A stretch of 64,000 bases of DNA from positions 107,349 through 171,348 of the forward strand of contig CAWGGJ010000004.1 of the NCBI GenBank assembly GCA_963822175.1, given 5' to 3'. This document shows, one piece after another, positions 1 through 10,104 of the stretch. The first letter of the stretch is position 1; each line of letters starts with the position of its first letter. Origin of the DNA: an uncultured Chloroflexia bacterium. GTDB taxonomy: Bacteria > Chloroflexota > Anaerolineae > Anaerolineales > UBA4823. The position numbers and the translations under genes were made by a program. The notes below the pieces were generated by a model. It made no database searches, had not been told where the DNA came from, and saw only the letters and a list, made by a program, of their open reading frames with translations.

Positions 1-2254
1 GGGCTTCGAGGAAAGGATTGTGGCAGGTGCAGACACGACCATGCTGGAAGCACGCTGTGAATCCTGTGGTCAGTGTGCTGCATATTGCCCGACTGGGGCC
101 TTAAGTGATAAATTATCCTATGGTTTTGGTCGAGCTCATCAGATACGAAAAGTAACCACGACCTGCTCTTATTGTGGGGTTGGATGCCAATTTGACTTGA
201 ATATAAAGAATGGAAGGGTGATTGGAGTCACCTCCAATCCTGATGCACCTGTGAACGGTATGGCTTTATGCGTCAAGGGAAGGTATGGTTTTGACTACAT
301 CCACCACCCTGATAGATTGTTGAATCCAAGGGTGCGGAAATATCTCCTTGAGGGTGGAAACAGGGAAAGAGGCAGCCGAGGAGATTGGGTGGAAGTAGAT
401 TGGGATACTGCGCTCTCAATCACATCAGAAAAACTAAGAGAAGCTCGTGATAATTATGGTCCTAATAGCGTAGGTGTTTTGACGTCAGCAAAATGCACCA
501 ACGAAGAGAACTACTTGATGAATAAATTTGCCAGGCAGGTGATCGGAACGAATAATATTGACCACTGTGCCCGGCTCTGACACTCCAGTACCGTGGCCGG
601 TCTGGCCACTTCATTTGGTTCAGGAGCCATGTCAAATTCCATGAGCGATGTCGCCAAAGAAGCAAAGGCGATGTTCATTATTGGCTCTAATACCACAGAA
701 CAACACCCGGTTTTTGGAACAATGATTCGCCAGGCAGTTCTTCGTAGAGGCGTTAAGCTGGTTGTAGCAGACCCACGCCGAATCGATATGGTGGATTTTG
801 CTACGCTTCACTTGAGGCACAAACCTGGTACAGATATTGCCTTATTGAATGGATTAATGAATATAATCCTGGAAAAGGGATGGCAGGATAAAACATTCAT
901 TGAAAAGCGTACTGAAGGATTTGAAGAATTCAAGGCTGTGGTTGAAAGCTACACCCCAGAAAAAACCACAGAAATAACGGGTGTCCCAACAGAGCAGTTA
1001 TCTCAGGCAGCAGAAATATTAGCGTTAAATAAACCCATGGCAGTGATGTGGGCAATGGGCATTACCCAACATATTGTTGGCGTGCGGAATGTGATGGACC
1101 TGGCAAACCTGCAGATGCTACTTGGAAATATGGGTGTAGCGGGTGGGGGAGTGAACCCCTTGCGAGGACAAAATAATGTCCAGGGGGCATGCGACATGGG
1201 TGGATTGCCAAATGTCTACCCGGGCTATCAAGCTGTAACGATTGATGCAGTCAGGCAAAAGTTTGAGGAAGCCTGGGGTGTGACCTTAGACAATAAAGTT
1301 GGAATGACGGTCACCGAGATGATCCCCTCTGCAGGTGAGGATAAACTAAAGGCACTCTATATCCTCGGTGAAGACCCAGTGATGAGCGATCCGGATAGTG
1401 CGCATATCCGTCGCTGTCTCAATAGCTGCGGATTTATTGTTCTGCAAGAGATTTTTCCATCAGAGACATCCGTTTATGCGGATGTGCTTTTACCAGGGGT
1501 GAGTTTTGCTGAGAAAACAGGGACCTTCACCAATACAGAGCGCAGGGTGCAGATGGTTCACCAGGCGATTGAACCACTGGGAAATGCCCATCAGGACTGG
1601 TGGATCATCTCAGAGCTGGCGAAACGATTGCTTGTTGAAGGAAAACGAGAAGTGAACGTAGCCAGGTTCTCAAACTGGAATTATACCGATGCTTCACAGA
1701 TAATGGAAGAAGCTGCAGCGCTTACTCCCAGTTACGCAGGAGTAAATTATGAAAGATTGGAAAGAGGCGAGCAATTACATTGGCCAGTTCGAGATTTAAC
1801 CCACCCTGGAACTCCCATCCTGCATACCGGGCAATTTGCACGTGGTTTAGGGAAATTTACCCCTATCGATCATATTCCTCCCGCGGAATTACCAGACGAC
1901 AACTATCCCATGATATTGAGTACCGGAAGGGTGTTATATCACTGGCATGGTGGTGAGATGACCCGCCGATCTAAAGGCTTGCTGGAAGTCTACCCTGAAG
2001 CCCTGGTTGAGCTAAACCCGGATGATGCCACATTTTTGGGTATCGATGGACATAAACGAGTACGGGTGAGCTCCCGCCGTGGTAGTATTGAAGCAGATGC
2101 CTGGATCACCGATAGGGTACCACCAGGAATGGTTTATGCCAATTTCCATTTTCCGGATGCATCAGCAAATGAGCTGACTATCGCTGCACTTGACCCCATA
2201 TCCAAAATCCCGGAATATAAAGTCTGTGCTGTCAAAGTAGAGGTGATCAGGTAA
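1..2254 (+). CDS. fdhA: Formate dehydrogenase alpha subunit (molybdo/tungstopterin oxidoreductase). 5' end lies outside the window. Contains selenocysteine: track ORFs 20..580 and 593..2254 are one reading frame joined by an in-frame UGA at 578-580.
   Basis: Both ORFs are in the same frame (20 and 593 are both 2 mod 3). The junction reads HCARL-UGA-HSSTVAGLATSFGSGAMSNS, the conserved FdhA active-site context where U or C sits. N-terminal Fe-S motifs are CESCGQCAAYCP and TTTCSYCGVGC. A MopB-type body and C-terminal molybdopterin-binding domain follow. Confidence 0.9.
593..609 (+). promoter_or_regulatory. SECIS-like hairpin 13 nt downstream of the UGA-Sec codon
   Basis: GUGGCC-GGUCU-GGCCAC is a perfect 6-bp stem with a 5-nt loop. 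As I recall it, the GGUCU apical loop matches the E. coli fdhF SECIS loop. The position immediately 3' of the UGA is what bacterial SelB-dependent recoding requires. Confidence 0.65.
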
Positions 2255-2270
2255 AGAAGGGAAGGCAATC

Positions 2271-2759
2271 ATGGATATCAGAAAAATATTCGAGTATGCA
2301 TTGAGCCGTGAATATGAAGGTAAACGTTTTTTTGAGGAGAATGCCAAACGGTTGAGTCATGCTGCAGCGGTTAATGCATTCCAGCAGCTGGCGGAAGAAG
2401 AGCAAAAGCATATTAACTTTATCCAAAATCAAATCAGTGTATTTGAAGGAAATGCTGGCGAGAAGGATTATGGTTTAATGCTGGAACAAGCTGGATTTTT
2501 CTCACAAAGGGCACAATCTGAATATATCGATCAGTCGGTTGCTGAGGCCATGGTTCCAGACCTGCCAGTCCTGCGGATGGCATACCTGATCGAACGCGAT
2601 TTTGCTGAGTTCTACGAATCGACAGCCAACCAGGCAGAGGGAGAACCAAAGAAAGTACTCACTATGCTCTCGCATTGGGAACGCGGGCATGAACGATTAT
2701 TTAAGCAGTTTTACGATAAGGCATTTGAGGAGTATTCCAGGATGCCCTGGGGTGGATAA
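2271..2759 (+). CDS. Ferritin-like / rubrerythrin-family diiron protein
   Basis: 162 aa with two E-x-x-H motifs (EEEQKH, WERGHE) in predicted helical repeats. Lies 17 nt downstream of fdhA. Confidence 0.6.
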   Translation: MDIRKIFEYALSREYEGKRFFEENAKRLSHAAAVNAFQQLAEEEQKHINFIQNQISVFEGNAGEKDYGLMLEQAGFFSQRAQSEYIDQSVAEAMVPDLPVLRMAYLIERDFAEFYESTANQAEGEPKKVLTMLSHWERGHERLFKQFYDKAFEEYSRMPWGG

Positions 2760-2861
2760 AGCTTCAATTATCTAAAGCTATACATTGGGTTTTTGTACGG
2801 GATTATGATTCAAGATCCTGTTTACTATTAGTACACTTCACCTTTGGAGATATGAAATTTC

Positions 2862-4133
2862 TTGGCAACCCTGAGCTCCTCGGTCATTGAACAGTATAAG
2901 AAATTCCCATTCAATTTCACAGTGAACGTGATCGATGGTGGTTTCTTCGGGTTAGCCCTGGGATTTGCTTCATTTTCCACAATAATTCCCCTTTTTGTCA
3001 GTACTCTTACGGATTCAGCTATTCTTATTGGACTGATTCCTGCTATTCATGTGGTTGGGTGGCAGCTACCTCAAGTATTTACTTCACACAGGGTGGCACA
3101 GCAAAAAAGATACAAACCGATGGTTATGTTTTTTACTGTTCATGAACGCTGGCCATTTTTAGGCCTGGCTGTAGTGGCATGGTTTGTTCCGCAGATTGGT
3201 CCACAAGTTGCTTTAGTACTGACTTTTTTACTTTTAATTTGCCAGGGGCTTGGTGGAGGTTTAACTGCTACTGCATGGCAAAGTATGATTGGCAAGATAA
3301 TTCCAGCTGAGAGATGGGGTCTATTTTTTGGATTTCAGTCTGGAGCAGCTAACTTGTTGGCCAGTATTGGTGCAGTTATTGCCGGAATGATCCTGGTTGC
3401 GAATGTGTCAAACATTGGTTTTACTAAGTGTTTTCTCATTGCCTGTATCGCATTTACAATTTCGTATATGGCAATTGCTTTGACCAAGGAATTCTCATCA
3501 ACACCAAAAACCAGTATTACTGAACGGCAGGTCTATTGGATGGACTTGCGTGCAATTATGAAACGTGATATCAATTTTCGCTGGTTTGTAATCGTTCGTA
3601 TCCTGGCACAGCTTGGTACGGTAGGTTTTGCATTTTATACAGTATATGTTGTGCATTACTATGGGGTCGATGAGGTGACCGCAGGAATATTGACTGGAGT
3701 ATTGATGGTCATTCAGACTTTGTTCAATCCAATCATGGGGTGGCTAGGGGATAAATGGAGCCATCGCGGTGTGATGGCAGTAGGAATGATCGCTGCAGCA
3801 GTCAGTGCAGGTGTGGCAGTGTGGGCTCCATCTGTAGAATGGTTTTATCTTGTTTATGCATTGGCAGGTATTGCCAATGTGGCAGTATGGACGATTGCCA
3901 TGGCAATGACCCTGGAATTTGGTGAAGAGCATGAGAAACCGGCATATATCGGCCTGGCAAATAGCTTAATTGCCCCGACCGCATTTTTCATCCCTTTATT
4001 TGCTGGGTGGCTGGCTGATAACGCTGGATACAATGCCACATTTATAGCTACATCAGTTGGGGCTATTGCAACGATATTTGTATTATTCTTTTTTATGCAG
4101 GATCATACTAAACATACCGTAGGGGATAATTAA
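2862..4133 (+). CDS. MFS transporter (about 12 TM)
   Basis: 423 aa, hydrophobic throughout with MFS-like periodicity. The track start is TTG, so the start codon is uncertain. Confidence 0.65.
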   Translation: MATLSSSVIEQYKKFPFNFTVNVIDGGFFGLALGFASFSTIIPLFVSTLTDSAILIGLIPAIHVVGWQLPQVFTSHRVAQQKRYKPMVMFFTVHERWPFLGLAVVAWFVPQIGPQVALVLTFLLLICQGLGGGLTATAWQSMIGKIIPAERWGLFFGFQSGAANLLASIGAVIAGMILVANVSNIGFTKCFLIACIAFTISYMAIALTKEFSSTPKTSITERQVYWMDLRAIMKRDINFRWFVIVRILAQLGTVGFAFYTVYVVHYYGVDEVTAGILTGVLMVIQTLFNPIMGWLGDKWSHRGVMAVGMIAAAVSAGVAVWAPSVEWFYLVYALAGIANVAVWTIAMAMTLEFGEEHEKPAYIGLANSLIAPTAFFIPLFAGWLADNAGYNATFIATSVGAIATIFVLFFFMQDHTKHTVGDN

Positions 4134-4137
4134 TTAA

Positions 4138-5550
4138 ATGGAATTAAGCGTGGATTCTCCCCAAAAATGGGGGGTTTTATTGGCAATCGGGGTTGGCACT
4201 TTCATGACAGCGCTTGATACGAGCGTAGCAAATACTGTGTTGCCAGTCATTGGAAAGAGCTTTAGTGAATCCATCGTAAATGTGGAATGGGTGGTAACGA
4301 TATATTTATTGGTCTTGAGCGGATTGTTGCTCAGCTTTGGTAGATTGGGGGATATGCGTGGACATAAGGCGATTTACCTCCTGGGTTTTGGGATTTTTAT
4401 TGCTGGATCATTATTGGCCGGTGTTGCCCCAACTATTGCTCTATTAATTGGCTTTCGCGGACTACAAGCATTGGGTGCGGCGATGTTGGCTGCTAATTCT
4501 CCCGCCATTTTAACAAAGAGTTTTCCTGCACAACAACGTGGCCAGGCGTTGGGTCTACAAGCGACAATGACTTACCTTGGGTTGACTGTTGGACCCTCTC
4601 TTGGAGGCTGGTTGGCCAGTTTATTTGGATGGAGGGTCGTTTTTTATATCAATGTTCCGGTTGGATTGGTATTTTTCTGGCTTGGATCTCGATTTATCCC
4701 AGCAGACACAGTTCTTCATCGAGCAGAGAAATTTGATTACTCAGGAGCGATCACCTTTTTACTAGGCTTAGGCGCTTTATTGCTCGGACTCAACAAAGGG
4801 GGGGAGTGGGGGTGGGCATCTCTTCCCACGATCCTTTTACTGCTTAGTGCTGGTGTACTTTTATCTGCATTTATCTATATTGAAAAGCATGTAAATCATC
4901 CAATGCTGGACCTTAACCTATTTACAAAGCTACCATTTTCACTAACCACTTCCAGCGCAGTTATTAATTACATTGGCGTTTACAGCTGCATTTTTTTGAT
5001 GCCGTACTATTTAATTGAAGGCAGAGGATTCACACCGGCACAAGCTGGGCTCATCCTCACTGCTCAACCGCTGATTATGGCAGTGATTGCCCCCATCAGC
5101 GGGACATTATCCGATCGGATTGGTACACGACTACCGGCTGTTATCGGGATGGTAGTATTATCCTTAGGTCTGTTCTTATTATCGAGGCTTGGTCCAACGA
5201 CTGAGATAAAAACCATAATGGTGGCGTTGGCTGTCGTTGGACTAGGAACAGGGGCATTCATATCACCCAATAACAGTGCATTGATGGGATCTGCACCAAA
5301 AAGCAGGCAGGGAATCGCCGCAGGTATTTTGGCTACCGCGCGTAATTTTGGGATGGTTTTAGGTGTTGGAATTGCTGGGGCGATTTTTACGACCACCATT
5401 GCACATGGCAGCAACAATCTATCCATGCCAGCTGGAATTTCTCAAAATATGGCGATATTTAAGGCGATTCACATCAGCTTCTTGACTGTTTCTTTGATCA
5501 CAATTTTTGGGGTGATCACTTCCTTGGTACGAGAGTCAAAGAACGATTAG
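4138..5550 (+). CDS. MFS transporter, DHA2 (EmrB/QacA-like, about 14 TM) drug:H+ antiporter family
   Basis: 470 aa. N-terminal FMTALDTSVANTVLP and GRLGDMRGHK motifs are typical of the DHA2 family. Starts 4 nt after the previous MFS gene. Confidence 0.75.
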   Translation: MELSVDSPQKWGVLLAIGVGTFMTALDTSVANTVLPVIGKSFSESIVNVEWVVTIYLLVLSGLLLSFGRLGDMRGHKAIYLLGFGIFIAGSLLAGVAPTIALLIGFRGLQALGAAMLAANSPAILTKSFPAQQRGQALGLQATMTYLGLTVGPSLGGWLASLFGWRVVFYINVPVGLVFFWLGSRFIPADTVLHRAEKFDYSGAITFLLGLGALLLGLNKGGEWGWASLPTILLLLSAGVLLSAFIYIEKHVNHPMLDLNLFTKLPFSLTTSSAVINYIGVYSCIFLMPYYLIEGRGFTPAQAGLILTAQPLIMAVIAPISGTLSDRIGTRLPAVIGMVVLSLGLFLLSRLGPTTEIKTIMVALAVVGLGTGAFISPNNSALMGSAPKSRQGIAAGILATARNFGMVLGVGIAGAIFTTTIAHGSNNLSMPAGISQNMAIFKAIHISFLTVSLITIFGVITSLVRESKND

Positions 5551-5647
5551 GTTTTTCCGTGACCTTGTTCTTGATTGGAAAATTATTGGTAAGCAAAGAA
5601 ATAACCCACATAACTGGTCTTAATAGCCATATCTATTAATTGAAAAG

Positions 5648-5719
5648 TACCCCTGGGCAGACTCGAACTGCCGCATTTGGCTCCGGAGGCCAACGCTCTA
5701 TCCTCTGAGCTACAGGGGC
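5648..5719 (-). tRNA. tRNA-Arg (anticodon CCG)
   Basis: The minus strand reads GCCCCTG TA GCTC AGAGGATA GAGC G TTGGC CTCCGGA GCCAA ATGC GGCAG TTCGAGT CTGCC CAGGGGT A. This is a full cloverleaf with anticodon loop CU-CCG-GA. CCA is not encoded. Track ORF 5583..5777 over it is spurious. Confidence 0.9.
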
Positions 5720-5778
5720 ACAGGAATTTTATTTTACCATGATTATTTTGACAAAAATTGTTTGTTGAGATAGACAAT

Positions 5779-6778
5779 TCACGAGATAAATTCAGCGCTC
5801 ATCTTTCCAAGCTCTGTGCGTATTTCATCGATCTCAAACTGATCACAGTGCTGCTCATCTGGGAGTAAAGATTGTTGCTTCTTATAAGCCAATTCTCCGG
5901 TTAATGTATAAAAGCGATTTATCAGGTGATACTTTCCTGAGAACAGGGCATTCATCCGTGAGTATGTTTGTAACCACGCGGAGCATGCTGTCCGATATTG
6001 GGCAGGAGTAATTATCCTGGTGGAAACTTCTTCCTTCAGTTGGGTGACGATCCACTGTTGCTCACGATAAAGCGCCCAAATGACAAATACGGCCATCAGA
6101 AGCCAACCTGACCAGTCAAAAATAAGCCCTGCGGTTAGTCCTTCCCAACCATGTATAGTCATTGATATGGTGTTGTGAATCGAGTGTACAACAATGGCAA
6201 TTCCAAATCCGATCATCGGTACAATTATCTTTAATAAGTTATTTCGGTTGAGGCGTGAGATTGCCAGACCAATGCCAATAAATGCAGTATAGAATGGATG
6301 TTGCCACCCAACTAAAACCACCCGAAGGATGAACAATGATAATATTCCACTCACCCCGCCTTCTTTAAAACCATATGTGTAGATGTAATATGCATTTTCG
6401 GTGGCTGCAAAACCAATCGCAGTTATGGCTGCATATATTATTCCATCCATAATTGAGTCAAACTCGCGGCGAAAATATAAAAAAACAAATAAGACTGCAA
6501 CACCTTTAAGGATTTCTTCAATTACCGGCGCTATGACTGAAGAAGTGGACAGCTCTGAAAATGATTGTGAGCCGGTGAAGAGGTACAGTCCCAATTCCAA
6601 TGGAAGAATTGATAATAAATGCTGCTCCAGCTGCAACGATTGCACCCCAAAGAAATACCCCTCCAAGTAGTGCTTTTGGTTCTTTTTCATACCGGTCTGT
6701 CCAGTAAACAATATAGGCAAATACCAGCATAGGCAGAAAACCGAGCAGAATGGATAGAGTGATACCTACGATTGGCAC
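5779..6778 (-). pseudogene. prsW: PrsW-family intramembrane metalloprotease, split by a frameshift near 6585-6605
   Basis: ORF 6518..6778 carries the PrsW N-terminal signature (YWTDRYEKEP). ORF 5779..6720, in another frame, carries the rest (APVIEEILKG, FAATENAYY, HSIHNT). Homology switches frame around ...FIINSSIGIG | LYLFTGSQSF... Confidence 0.75.
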
Positions 6779-6841
6779 AGCATTACCATTTCATAATAAA
6801 TATCGGTCAGGTTGCATAAAAGGAAATGAGAAGCAAATTAT

Positions 6842-7465
6842 TCAGACTTTAAAAATAATCTTTTTTCGATGGACTCGGGTATCTTCGAATTTTATCCCCA
6901 TCTCATCGAGCACTTCTTCAGGTCTGCCAGTGGCAGATTCCCGTGCAGAAAGTTGGATTTGTAACCAACAAGTACCGCTTTCATCATTCATCAAAGTTAG
7001 GTCTTCGATTAATGGACGAAGGTCATAGGTTTTATTTCGGCGAATTCGAGGGAGGTGCTCGGCAGTCTTGATTTTATTCAACCGCTCATCCAGATCAGGA
7101 ATGTCATCCAGAAAAGTTATCAGGTAGATTGCTGATTTAACCTGTGTCTGTAATGGTGGGGCATGTAAGTCGATTACTTCAATAGCATGGATTTCCAATC
7201 CTGGGGGTATTGTCATCAATATTGACTGCCTGATGTGTTCGAGCGGTAGGATCTGCTCCAACCAGGCATCGAGCTTTTCTGATTCACTTGTGAAACCCAA
7301 TGGCAATGCGCATGCGAGATTTAGGCGTGGCTGGGGATGAAATCCCTGGCTGTAGGCCAGGGGTAAGCCTGAACGACGAAAGGTCCTTTCCCAGGCGCGA
7401 AACAAATCCAGGTGGCCTGTATATCGCATTGCGTTAGTTTTCGAAAAGGAGATGCGTATTCTCAT
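6842..7465 (-). CDS. TIGR03936/DUF2344-type radical-SAM-associated protein
   Basis: 207 aa. The N-terminus (RISFSK...MRYTGHLDLFRAWERTFRRSGLPLAYSQGFHPQPR) is characteristic of this family. It sits directly downstream of the TIGR03960-type radical SAM gene, its usual partner. Confidence 0.75.
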   Translation of the reverse strand: MRIRISFSKTNAMRYTGHLDLFRAWERTFRRSGLPLAYSQGFHPQPRLNLACALPLGFTSESEKLDAWLEQILPLEHIRQSILMTIPPGLEIHAIEVIDLHAPPLQTQVKSAIYLITFLDDIPDLDERLNKIKTAEHLPRIRRNKTYDLRPLIEDLTLMNDESGTCWLQIQLSARESATGRPEEVLDEMGIKFEDTRVHRKKIIFKV

Positions 7466-7490
7466 TGGGCTTTAAACTAAATAATACATA

Positions 7491-9443
7491 CTATGTGGGA
7501 TTGGACACCTTAACATTGGGTGGAGATTTTACTTCGGGGCATGACCAAGAATCCCCGGAATTCGTACGCCTGAGGTCAGCGAAAGTGGGTAAGATTCCAC
7601 AAGCATAACAATGCAGACGGCAATCTATCCGGGTTTGGGATTCCTGGCTTAATCTGTAATCCTGGAGTAAATATTTCTTGCGTACACCGGTGTTTATATG
7701 ATCCCAGGGGAATATTTCATCCAGAGATCGGATTCGGTGGCTATAAAACGCGGGATCGATTTGGGAATCAGCAAATGCTTGGTTCCAGGCTTCGTAATTA
7801 TATTGTTCCTGCCAGGCATCAAACCTGGCACCGTTCTTCCAGGCATTGAAGATTACATCGACTAAGCGTCTATCACCACGCGATAACCATGCTTCCAACA
7901 GCGTGACTTTCGGATCCGTCCAGGTGAGTTTTATATCACGATGGCGAAACTCTTTCTTAAGTAATTCTTGTTTTACCTGTATTCGTTCAACCGAATCACA
8001 AGGTACCCATTGAAATGGTGTATGAGGTTTTGGAATAAAAGTGGAAACTCCAACATTCAATTTAGCGCGTCGTCCGATAACCTTGTGTCCTTCCGCCAGG
8101 ACTGCTTTGCATAACTCCGTAATTGCCTTTACATCTTCCAATGTTTCTTCCGGGTGCCCAATCATAAAGTAAAGTTTGATCGTGGTCCAACCACGGGAAT
8201 AAATCTGTTTAGCAGTATCAAGCAGCTGTTCTGTACTAACCGGTTTATTGATGATATTACGCATATGATCAGTGGCGGCTTCAGGAGCAAGGGTGAAACC
8301 ACCATGCCGTGAATCTTTAAGGGAATCCATCAGATCCACTGAGAAGGAGTCAATGCGCAGGGAAGGAAGAGAGATGCCAAGGTGTTTTCCACAGAATTTA
8401 TCGGTAACAGCTTTTACAAGCTCAGAGATATGCGTATAGTCAGAAGATGATAGTGACAGCAAACCGATCTCTTCGAACCCAGTATTCTTCAGAGCATCAT
8501 CAATCGCTTGAAGGATTTCGTCTACACTCCGTTCACGCACTGGTCGCGAAACCATCCCGGCATGGCAGAAACGACAGCCGCGAGTACATCCACGCATAAT
8601 TTCAATGGGAACCCGGTTGTGAACCGTTTCAATATTGGGAACGATAAAATGGGTGGGGGGAGGGGGAAGCCTGGGAACTATCCTTTTCTGGATGGGTAAA
8701 CAAGCGGTCTCGTTCAGTTTTATAACCTGATCAATTGTATGATCTGGCTTATAAAATACCTGGTATAGGTTGGGGACATATACTCCAGCAATTGAGGATA
8801 AATTGACCAGAAGCTGCTCTCGTGACGACTTTTCTCTTTTACAATTCTGGAATTCATTAATTATGTCATGAATGACCTGCTCACCTTCACCAATAACAAA
8901 AGCATCGATGAATGCATGTATCGGTTCGGGGTTATAGGTTGCATGACCACCAGCAATGATCAGGGGGTGTGATTCACTACGCTCATTACTGAATAATGGG
9001 ATTCCTGCCAGATCCAATGCAGTTAATATATTCGTATAGAGCGTCTCATACGGAAGTGTAAAACCAATGATATCAAAGGCTGACAAGGGGTGAATTGTTT
9101 CCAAAGAATAAAGGGGAATACCAGCCTTCCGCATCGCGGCTTCCATATCAATCCATGGGTTATACGATCGTTCTGCAAGGGCGTCATTACGTTCATTGAT
9201 CAACTCATACAAAATTGCCAATCCAAGGTTAGACATCCCAATATCGTAGATATCGGGAAACACCAGGGCAACACGAGTTTCAATCGCATCCCAATTTTTT
9301 ACCACCTGGTTCAATTCGCCACCAGTATATCGGGCTGGTTTTTGAACGGTTGGTAGGATGCGTTCCAACTTGCTTTTTATCTCATCTATTGTAATCACGA
9401 TGAAAGGCCTCAAAGTCGATAAAATATTGAACATCTTATCCAT
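7491..9443 (-). CDS. B12-binding-domain radical SAM protein (TIGR03960-like)
   Basis: 650 aa. CxxxCxxC cluster motif at RGCTRGCRFCHAG. N-terminal Rossmann-like (B12-binding-like) region. Confidence 0.8.
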   Translation of the reverse strand: MDKMFNILSTLRPFIVITIDEIKSKLERILPTVQKPARYTGGELNQVVKNWDAIETRVALVFPDIYDIGMSNLGLAILYELINERNDALAERSYNPWIDMEAAMRKAGIPLYSLETIHPLSAFDIIGFTLPYETLYTNILTALDLAGIPLFSNERSESHPLIIAGGHATYNPEPIHAFIDAFVIGEGEQVIHDIINEFQNCKREKSSREQLLVNLSSIAGVYVPNLYQVFYKPDHTIDQVIKLNETACLPIQKRIVPRLPPPPTHFIVPNIETVHNRVPIEIMRGCTRGCRFCHAGMVSRPVRERSVDEILQAIDDALKNTGFEEIGLLSLSSSDYTHISELVKAVTDKFCGKHLGISLPSLRIDSFSVDLMDSLKDSRHGGFTLAPEAATDHMRNIINKPVSTEQLLDTAKQIYSRGWTTIKLYFMIGHPEETLEDVKAITELCKAVLAEGHKVIGRRAKLNVGVSTFIPKPHTPFQWVPCDSVERIQVKQELLKKEFRHRDIKLTWTDPKVTLLEAWLSRGDRRLVDVIFNAWKNGARFDAWQEQYNYEAWNQAFADSQIDPAFYSHRIRSLDEIFPWDHINTGVRKKYLLQDYRLSQESQTRIDCRLHCYACGILPTFADLRRTNSGDSWSCPEVKSPPNVKVSNPT

Positions 9444-9568
9444 GAATTTGGCGATTATATCTTAAATTGTTTCGTGTCCCTTTCTGGAGAAAGCTCACGC
9501 TTTCCTCATCAGAATGAGACACGGAACGATACCACTAAATAAAAAAACGGTTTTATTTACTTGGTTAT

Positions 9569-10021
9569 TTAGCTTTCAAACACCCACTGGTCGATAGCTC
9601 GCTCCCAGGACACAAGTTCTTCAGGTTTAAACCACAATGCCACTTCTATGACACCATTCTCAGGTGTATCGGATGCATGGGTCAGGTTACGACCGATCTC
9701 AAGAGCGTAATCGTGGCGAATTGAGCCTGGGGCAGCATCAGTCGGGCGGGTAGCACCCATGGTTTGACGGATTGCATTGACGGCATTTGGACCTTCCCAA
9801 ACCATTGCCATCACAGGAGCAGATGTGATATAGCGAATCAAGCTTTCAAAAAAAGGTTTTCCCCGATGGATGGAGTAATGTGTCTTTGCCAGGTCGTCAC
9901 TTACTTTAATGAATTTTGCACCAACCAAGCGCAATCCTCGCCGTTCCAATCGTAGAATGACTTCACCAATTAAGCCTCTTTGCACAGCATCTGGTTTAAC
10001 CAGTACTAATGACCGTTCCAT
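9569..10021 (-). CDS. ndk: Nucleoside diphosphate kinase
   Basis: 150 aa with MERSLVLVKPDAVQRGLIGEV... and ...NLTHASD, containing the catalytic His context. Confidence 0.92.
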   Translation of the reverse strand: MERSLVLVKPDAVQRGLIGEVILRLERRGLRLVGAKFIKVSDDLAKTHYSIHRGKPFFESLIRYITSAPVMAMVWEGPNAVNAIRQTMGATRPTDAAPGSIRHDYALEIGRNLTHASDTPENGVIEVALWFKPEELVSWERAIDQWVFES

Positions 10022-10104
10022 ATTATCCTCCGCATTATGATGATACGCGCAACGTGAAACGTATATAAATACGTTCCACGTTGATAAATTTTCATGTTAA
10101 ATTT

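Noticed and set aside
5583-5777. 64-aa ORF on the minus strand
   Set aside because: It is explained by the tRNA-Arg(CCG) gene at 5648..5719, which it overlaps. The peptide has no protein-like features.
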